Shown: positions 58,805 to 64,000 of the stretch, piece by piece
Position numbering within the stretch: position 1 is the first letter of the stretch
Layout of the letters: every line of letters starts with the position of its first letter
NCBI GenBank assembly: GCA_041677125.1
Contig: JBAYQP010000003.1
Location: 45,421 to 109,420, forward strand
Source: Desulfuromonadales bacterium
GTDB lineage: Bacteria > Desulfobacterota > Desulfuromonadia > Desulfuromonadales > JACZKF01
DNA length: 64,000 bases
Reading direction: 5' to 3'
Position numbers and translations under genes: made by a program
Notes under the pieces: generated by a model
What the model saw: only the letters and a program-made list of their open reading frames with translations
What the model was told of the DNA's origin: nothing
Databases searched by the model: none

Positions 58805-59292
58805 CAGTCGGTCGCCTCGCTTTCATCGGCAATCCAGAGCTTGAGGGCGCCCCTGGCAATCGATCGCTCTTTGCGCCAGATCTCCCCCTCGGCCATGGCG
58901 AATCCGCCCAGATTTGCCACCGTGCGCAATTCGATCCGCAGCCGATCGCCCACATGCGCCGTCCCGGTGAAAGCGAAGGAACTGACGCCGACCAGAAAAC
59001 CTTTTCTGACCGGCCGCCCCCGGCGCTGGTCTTCATAGCCCTGCAAGGCGGCAAAGGACTGCGCCAGCATCTCGATGAGTCCGGCCGCCTCCAGGCGACC
59101 TTCGGCGTCGGTCAACGGGCCGTCGCCGCGCACCGTCGCGGCGACGGTGGCGCCGCCCCCGGCGCAGGCGCACAGCTCATCGACGAGCCGCATCGGCAGA
59201 CGGTGCGGGATCAGTTCTTCGGCCGGCCGGGGAAGGGGGAGATCAATCATCGCGGCGCAGCTTTCCTCATCGCCAATAAATCGACAGGTCAT
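58804..59292 (-). CDS. Hotdog-fold dehydratase (FabZ-like, second dehydratase subunit)
   Basis: LIPHRLPMRLVDEL and GLIEMLAQS motifs, typical of APE-cluster dehydratases. Start at 59292 or 59250. Confidence 0.6.
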   Translation of the reverse strand: MTCRFIGDEESCAAMIDLPLPRPAEELIPHRLPMRLVDELCACAGGGATVAATVRGDGPLTDAEGRLEAAGLIEMLAQSFAALQGYEDQRRGRPVRKGFLVGVSSFAFTGTAHVGDRLRIELRTVANLGGFAMAEGEIWRKERSIARGALKLWIADESEATD

Positions 59293-60853
59293 CGAAAATC
59301 TGGCTGGAAAAAAGGATCCGGCGCAATTTCACCAGGTCGTCATGGAAGACCCGGTCGTTGTTGTACACGGTAAATTCCCGGCTGAGAATTTCGTAAATGC
59401 GTCCCGTTCCGCGGCCGAGGCCGGCCGCGTTGCGGAAGGACAGGGCCTGCAGATCGGCCAGGATTTCCATGGTGACGACATGTTTGGCGTTGCTGACCGA
59501 CTTGAACGCCTTGCGCGCGGCGACTGTTCCCATGCTGACCACATCCTGGTTGGAGGCGTTGCAGGAAATGGAATTCGTGCTCACCGGGCCGGCCAACTGC
59601 CGGTTTTCCGCCGTGGTCGAGGTGGCCAGATACTGCGCACCCATAAAGCCCATGGTCAGCCCGGGGGTGCCGGGGATGAGAAACTCGGGGAGGCCCTCGT
59701 TCAACTTCCGGTCAAGGTATTTGTTCAGCCGCCGCTCGGAAATGTTGCAGAGAGTGGCGACGGCGATGCACAGGGCGTCCATGCTGAAGCTGATGCTCTG
59801 GCCGTGAAAATTGCCGCCATGGATGATCTTTTTTTGCTCCGGAATAATGATCGGATTGTCGTTGGTGCTGTTCGCTTCGGTTTCCACCGTACGCACCGCC
59901 ATGGCGATCGCCTCGGCCACCGGCGCCAGCACCTGCGGCGTGCAGCGCACCGAGTAGACGTCCTGCACGTTGATGCTCGTCTCGTAGACCGGGCCGTCCT
60001 GCTGCTGCTTGCGGATCAACTCGTGCATGTCGGCGCGGCGGGTGATGTTGCGCGACCCCTCATAGAGCCGGCGAATCGTATCGGCAATCTCGATTTGCCC
60101 GGCGTGCGGCTTCACCCGGTGCAGGTCCTCGTCGAAGGCATCGTCGATGCCGCCGAAAATCTCCAGGGAAAAGGCGCCGCTGACGCAGGACAGGCGCAGC
60201 AGCTTACGGGCGCCGAAGAGGGCGAAGGCGGCCAGGGCGGTCATGGCGCTGGTGCCGTTCATCAGTGCGATACCCTCCTTGTAGGAGAGGCGCATCGGGG
60301 TGATGCCCATTTCGGCGAAAACGTCGGCGGTGGGCCGCAGCTGTTCGCGATAATACACCTGCCCCTCGCCGATGATCGCCAGCGACATGTGGGCGAGATG
60401 GATCAGATCGCCGGAGGCGCCGACGCTGCCGCATTCGGGAATGAAAGGGGCAATGCCCCGGTTGATCATCTCCCGCATGAATTCCAACAACTCGGTGCGC
60501 ACACCGCTGTAGCCTTTGACCAGCGTGTTCAGACGCACCACCAAAACGGCCAGGGCGATGTACGGCTTGAGCGGGTCGCCGAGACCGGCAGCGTGGCTGC
60601 GAATCAGGTTGATCTGCAAGGTTTCGGTTTCGTTGTCGCCGATAATTTTATTGCACATCGGGCCGAAGGAGGTATTGACGCCGTAGATGATGCGGCGGGC
60701 GGCAACTTCCTCCTCAAGAAACCGGCGACTGGCGCGACAGCGCTCCAGGGCGGCCGGGTCGAGCGCCACCTGCCGGTCGCCGACGCCGATGGCGACGATC
60801 TCCTCGATGGTCAGATCGTTGCCGTTGAGAATGACAGTAGCTTTATCAGCCAT
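59267..60853 (-). CDS. MIO-dependent aromatic amino acid/histidine ammonia-lyase (HAL/PAL/TAL family)
   Basis: GSVGASGDLIHLAHM (the Ala-Ser-Gly MIO precursor), YGVNTSFG, NLIRSHAAGLG. 528 aa. Confidence 0.9.
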   Translation of the reverse strand: MADKATVILNGNDLTIEEIVAIGVGDRQVALDPAALERCRASRRFLEEEVAARRIIYGVNTSFGPMCNKIIGDNETETLQINLIRSHAAGLGDPLKPYIALAVLVVRLNTLVKGYSGVRTELLEFMREMINRGIAPFIPECGSVGASGDLIHLAHMSLAIIGEGQVYYREQLRPTADVFAEMGITPMRLSYKEGIALMNGTSAMTALAAFALFGARKLLRLSCVSGAFSLEIFGGIDDAFDEDLHRVKPHAGQIEIADTIRRLYEGSRNITRRADMHELIRKQQQDGPVYETSINVQDVYSVRCTPQVLAPVAEAIAMAVRTVETEANSTNDNPIIIPEQKKIIHGGNFHGQSISFSMDALCIAVATLCNISERRLNKYLDRKLNEGLPEFLIPGTPGLTMGFMGAQYLATSTTAENRQLAGPVSTNSISCNASNQDVVSMGTVAARKAFKSVSNAKHVVTMEILADLQALSFRNAAGLGRGTGRIYEILSREFTVYNNDRVFHDDLVKLRRILFSSQIFDDLSIYWR

Positions 60854-60970
60854 AATGAGGACCTTTCAGAGTGAAACGAAGCGGAAAATCAGCCTGTCGG
60901 ATAAGAAGACCTGGAGAAACACGGCGTTGCCTGTGTCCATCTCGGGAAATCCATATTGTTTCGGGCCAGC

Positions 60971-62281
60971 CTATGGTCGGGTTTTGCGGTGATCGAAAAA
61001 AACCACCGCTTTGCGTTTGCCTTCCGGCATGGTGCGCGCGGTTACCGTTTCGGCGGCGGCCATCACGACTTCGGGAGTCACCCGCAGCCGTGCGGTCAGT
61101 CGTTCGCCGATCGCCTCGGCGCTCAGGGAATTGTCGCGGCAGGCAACGGTCACCCGCAGGCGGTCGGAAAGATGATATTCGTCGAAAACCTCCAGGTAGT
61201 AGCCACAAATCGACTCGAATTCCTGCAGCACGGCGAAGACGGCCGGCGGGTAAACGGTGGTGCCGCGAATCTTGAGCATCTGCGCCTTGCGGCCGAGGAC
61301 CGGTCCGAGGCGCGGCCAAAGAAGTCCACAGGGGCAGGGCTCGGCATGGAGGACGGCGATGTCGCCGGTGCGAAAGCGCAGAAGCGGCATGCCGGTCACC
61401 TGCAGCGGGGTGACCACCACCTCGCCCGGCGCTCCGGGCGGCAGCGGCGATCCCGCCTCGTCGACGATCTCGACCGCCGCCAGAGCCGGATGCAGATGCC
61501 CTCCCCGGCCGCTTTCGCAATCGGAAAAAGCGGTGGCCATTTCGGTGCTGGCGTAGGTGCCGAACAGGGGGGCCCGCCAGCGCTCCACCAGCCGCTGCCC
61601 CAATGGCGAAAGATTCAGCTCGCGGCTGCGAACCGGTTCGCCGATACCGACCAGACGGCGCACTCCGGTCGCCGCCGGATCGATCCCTTCGGCCTGCAGC
61701 CGCTCGGCCAGGGCGAGCAGCAGCGTCGGGACGCCGATGATGGCCGTCGGTTTTTGCTGGCGCACCAGCTCCGCCAGCAGGGCGAGATTGCTGGCGCCGG
61801 CGCGGATGGCGGTGGCGCCGAGGTGCGCCAGACCCAGAAAATAGGCAAGGCCGGCCATGAAGCAGCGGTCGAGGGCGACGGCGATCAGCACCCGGTCGTC
61901 GGGGCCAATGCCCATGCGGCGAAAAGATGACGCTTCATTGGCGGTGAGGCGGTCCAGATCGCGCCGGGTCTGCAAAAGCGGAACCGGCGCGTCGGTCGTC
62001 CCCGAGGTCAGGCAGACATCGACAATCGCCGCCGGCTCGACACAGAGGAACTCGCGATGGGCCGCCCCCAGATCCCCTTTGTCGGTGAAGGGGAGGCGGT
62101 GCAGGTCGCTGCAGCCGGCAATCTGCCGCAGGTCAATGCCGTTTTCGGCAAAGCGCCGCCGATAAAAAGGGGAATGATCGGCCAGATAGCGCAGATGATC
62201 GAGCAGCAGAGCATCCTGATGCGCCTGCAGCGTGGCAAGCGGCGCCATTTCGAATTCGGGATTGTCGACGGCGGAAAACAT
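60971..62281 (-). CDS. PaaK/F390-synthetase-like adenylate-forming acyl-CoA (or acyl-ACP) ligase
   Basis: LLDHLRYLADHSPFYRRRF, LPFTDKGDL, TSGTTDAPV, and the C-terminal domain are typical of the phenylacetate-CoA ligase family. Confidence 0.8.
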   Translation of the reverse strand: MFSAVDNPEFEMAPLATLQAHQDALLLDHLRYLADHSPFYRRRFAENGIDLRQIAGCSDLHRLPFTDKGDLGAAHREFLCVEPAAIVDVCLTSGTTDAPVPLLQTRRDLDRLTANEASSFRRMGIGPDDRVLIAVALDRCFMAGLAYFLGLAHLGATAIRAGASNLALLAELVRQQKPTAIIGVPTLLLALAERLQAEGIDPAATGVRRLVGIGEPVRSRELNLSPLGQRLVERWRAPLFGTYASTEMATAFSDCESGRGGHLHPALAAVEIVDEAGSPLPPGAPGEVVVTPLQVTGMPLLRFRTGDIAVLHAEPCPCGLLWPRLGPVLGRKAQMLKIRGTTVYPPAVFAVLQEFESICGYYLEVFDEYHLSDRLRVTVACRDNSLSAEAIGERLTARLRVTPEVVMAAAETVTARTMPEGKRKAVVFFDHRKTRP

Positions 62282-63081
62282 TATTCGCCTCGATCCGCGC
62301 GCATTTTCTGCAAATTCTCCATCATGTCCGCCTTAACCTTTCGCCGCAGATCGCCATGGCTTTCGAAGGAAGTCGAATCCACCGGCGGCAGCGCCCGTAA
62401 CCGCACCTGGGTCGGCCGCAGCCAGCGCCGGCCGGGCGGCAGGAGCCGATCGGTGCCGGTGATACAGAGGGGGTAGACGGGGCAGCCGAGTTGGCGTGCC
62501 AGGCAGAAGGCCCCCGAATAGAAGCGCTGCATCTGGCCGTCCCGGCTGCGGTGCCCTTCGGGAAAAAAAAGGAGATGTCCGCCCTGGGTGATGATGCGCC
62601 GGCCGGCCGCCAGGGTTTCGTCCACATTCATCCGCTCGACATCGAGGTACTCGGCCATGCGCATGAAGGCGGCATAGCCGGGTATGCGAAAAGGCCAGGA
62701 ACGCACGGCAAAGGTGATGTCGAAGACCGGCAGCAGCGCCATGCAATAGGTGTCGAAAAACGACAGGTGATTAATGACGAAAATGCCCGGCGTGTGAAAC
62801 TGTTCGGCAGACAAATTCTCCCGCCGAAATCGAACGAAGGGGGAGACGATCAGCATCCAGCCCCGGCCGTAAATCCAGATCAGACTCCGGACGATGCGCC
62901 CCGCCGGCCAGCCGGCGCCAACCTTTGCCAGCAGCAGATAAAGGGGCGAGAGGGCGATCCCGACCACGGTCCACAACACCAGCAGCGGGTAGACCGCCAG
63001 CGTCATCAGCAGCGCCGCTGGGCCGGGGCGCTCCAGAATCACCGGGTTTGTTTCGTTGACTGCCATCTGCCGGATGCCCAC
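62281..63081 (-). CDS. PlsC-family 1-acyl-sn-glycerol-3-phosphate acyltransferase-like protein
   Basis: NHLSFFD (HX4D), FPEGHRS, N-terminal TM. Start is the GTG at 63081 or the ATG at 63066. Confidence 0.8.
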   Translation of the reverse strand: MGIRQMAVNETNPVILERPGPAALLMTLAVYPLLVLWTVVGIALSPLYLLLAKVGAGWPAGRIVRSLIWIYGRGWMLIVSPFVRFRRENLSAEQFHTPGIFVINHLSFFDTYCMALLPVFDITFAVRSWPFRIPGYAAFMRMAEYLDVERMNVDETLAAGRRIITQGGHLLFFPEGHRSRDGQMQRFYSGAFCLARQLGCPVYPLCITGTDRLLPPGRRWLRPTQVRLRALPPVDSTSFESHGDLRRKVKADMMENLQKMRADRGE

Positions 63082-63345
63082 TTAGGCAGTTTTGGCCAGA
63101 GTTGACTGTTTGCCGATGACGAATCGGTGGATGTCGCCGAGGGTGCGGATCTGGCGAATCGCCTCTTCTTCGCGAATCTTGAAGCCGAAGGCGCCTTCGA
63201 GAACGATGACCAGATCGACGATATCCAGACTGTCCAGACCAAGATCGTCAAAGAGTGTCGCGTCGGCGGTCATCGCCAGTGGCTGCAATTCGAATTCCTC
63301 GGCCAGGGCGGTATTGATCCGCTCGATGATTTGTTGTTCCGTCAT
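63082..63345 (-). CDS. Acyl carrier protein (cluster ACP 1)
   Basis: LGLDSLDIVDLVIVLE motif. 87 aa. ATGA overlap with the upstream KS. Confidence 0.85.
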   Translation of the reverse strand: MTEQQIIERINTALAEEFELQPLAMTADATLFDDLGLDSLDIVDLVIVLEGAFGFKIREEEAIRQIRTLGDIHRFVIGKQSTLAKTA

Positions 63346-64000
63346 GCAAGACTCCTTAAAACGATCGATGAATTGACCCCCCCCAGGGCAAAATTGTTTT
63401 TGATGATGGCGCGCGGCGCCGCCGATTCCACCTTGCGGATATGGCGCAGGGGAGCGCAGGCGGGATCCGGATTATCCAGATTGAGCGTGGGGATGAGACA
63501 GCCGCGCCGGAGCATTTCCACTGCCGCCACCAGTTCAAGGGAGCCGCTGGCGGCCATGGCGTGGCCCAGGTGCCCCTTGAGGCTGCTGACCGGCACCTCG
63601 CCACCGAAGAGGCGGAAAATAGCGCCCCCTTCGGCGATATCTCCCTGCTCGGTGGCGGTGGCGTGCGCGTTTACGTAATCGATTTCTTCCTTGTTCATCC
63701 GGCTGTCGGCGAGGGCCAGGCGCATGCACTGCTCGATGGCGGCGGAGTTCGGATTGGCGATGCTGGCCGGATCGGTCAGGGTGGCAAAACCGGCGACCTC
63801 GCCGAGTATCGTCGCTTTGCGCGCTTGCGCCGAAGCGAGGGATTCGAGGAGCAGAATGCCGCAACCCTCGCCGCAGACGACGCCGTCGCGGCCGCGGTCG
63901 AAGGGACGGGGGGTCTGCCGGGGCTGCTCATTCCACCTGCAGGAGGCGGCGTTCATGATGTCGAAAGTGCCAGCCGTCAGCGGATGAAACTCGTCGGCGC
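63342..64000 (-). CDS. Beta-ketoacyl-ACP synthase, C-terminal part (gene continues beyond the window)
   Basis: PFDRGRDG, NAHATAT, KGHLGHAMAASG, NNFALGGVNSSIVL. The reading frame is open to the window edge. Confidence 0.85.
   Translation of the reverse strand, partial: ADEFHPLTAGTFDIMNAASCRWNEQPRQTPRPFDRGRDGVVCGEGCGILLLESLASAQARKATILGEVAGFATLTDPASIANPNSAAIEQCMRLALADSRMNKEEIDYVNAHATATEQGDIAEGGAIFRLFGGEVPVSSLKGHLGHAMAASGSLELVAAVEMLRRGCLIPTLNLDNPDPACAPLRHIRKVESAAPRAIIKNNFALGGVNSSIVLRSLA

Noticed and set aside
59075-60874. 599-aa ORF antisense to the ammonia-lyase
   Set aside because: The minus-strand frame carries the ASG MIO motif and full-length HAL/PAL similarity. The + strand frame is low-complexity Gly/Ala/Arg.

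Overview
High-GC (~65%) bacterial chromosomal window. Gene content and synteny suggest an anaerobic Desulfuromonadales/Geobacter-like deltaproteobacterium (inference). No rRNA, CRISPR array, IS element or prophage was seen. The left ~39 kb is mostly housekeeping: an ABC-2 exporter, tatA/B-tatC, nadA, yqeY-like, cvpA, mutS2-dnaG-rpoD, a CAT-anticodon tRNA, Nif3 plus a COG1579 zinc-ribbon protein, and RNase P RNA. It also holds a complete cbb3 oxidase locus on the minus strand (ccoN-O-Q-P-G-small ORF-I-S-TauE-like), a PhnD-like binding protein coupled to a HAMP-PAS-GGDEF-EAL protein, a multi-PAS hybrid histidine kinase, tatD, tcdA, dodecin, an aspartase/fumarase-family lyase, serS, and tRNA-Ser(TGA), tRNA-Ser(GCT) and tRNA-Arg(ACG). 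The main finding is 39012 to the right edge (>25 kb, 27 genes, all on the minus strand, mostly joined by ATGA/TGATG overlaps). This is an aryl-polyene/flexirubin-like type II PKS/FAS lipid cluster. It encodes 3 condensing ketosynthases, 2 Cys-less KS-like partners, 3 ACPs, 2 hotdog dehydratases and a thioesterase. It also encodes an MIO ammonia-lyase, a PaaK-like ligase, PlsC- and LpxL-like acyltransferases, GT2-DUF2062, and an export set (LolA-like, MMPL, lipoprotein). Unusual additions are three tandem B12-binding radical SAM genes, a PagL-like hydrolase, and a BtrH_N-like/ABC-2/ACP subcluster. Many long ORFs in the six-frame track are antisense or out-of-frame high-GC artefacts. Several starts were re-placed on internal ATG/GTG codons using stop-start overlaps and RBS. 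All family assignments come from reading motifs by eye, not from database searches.
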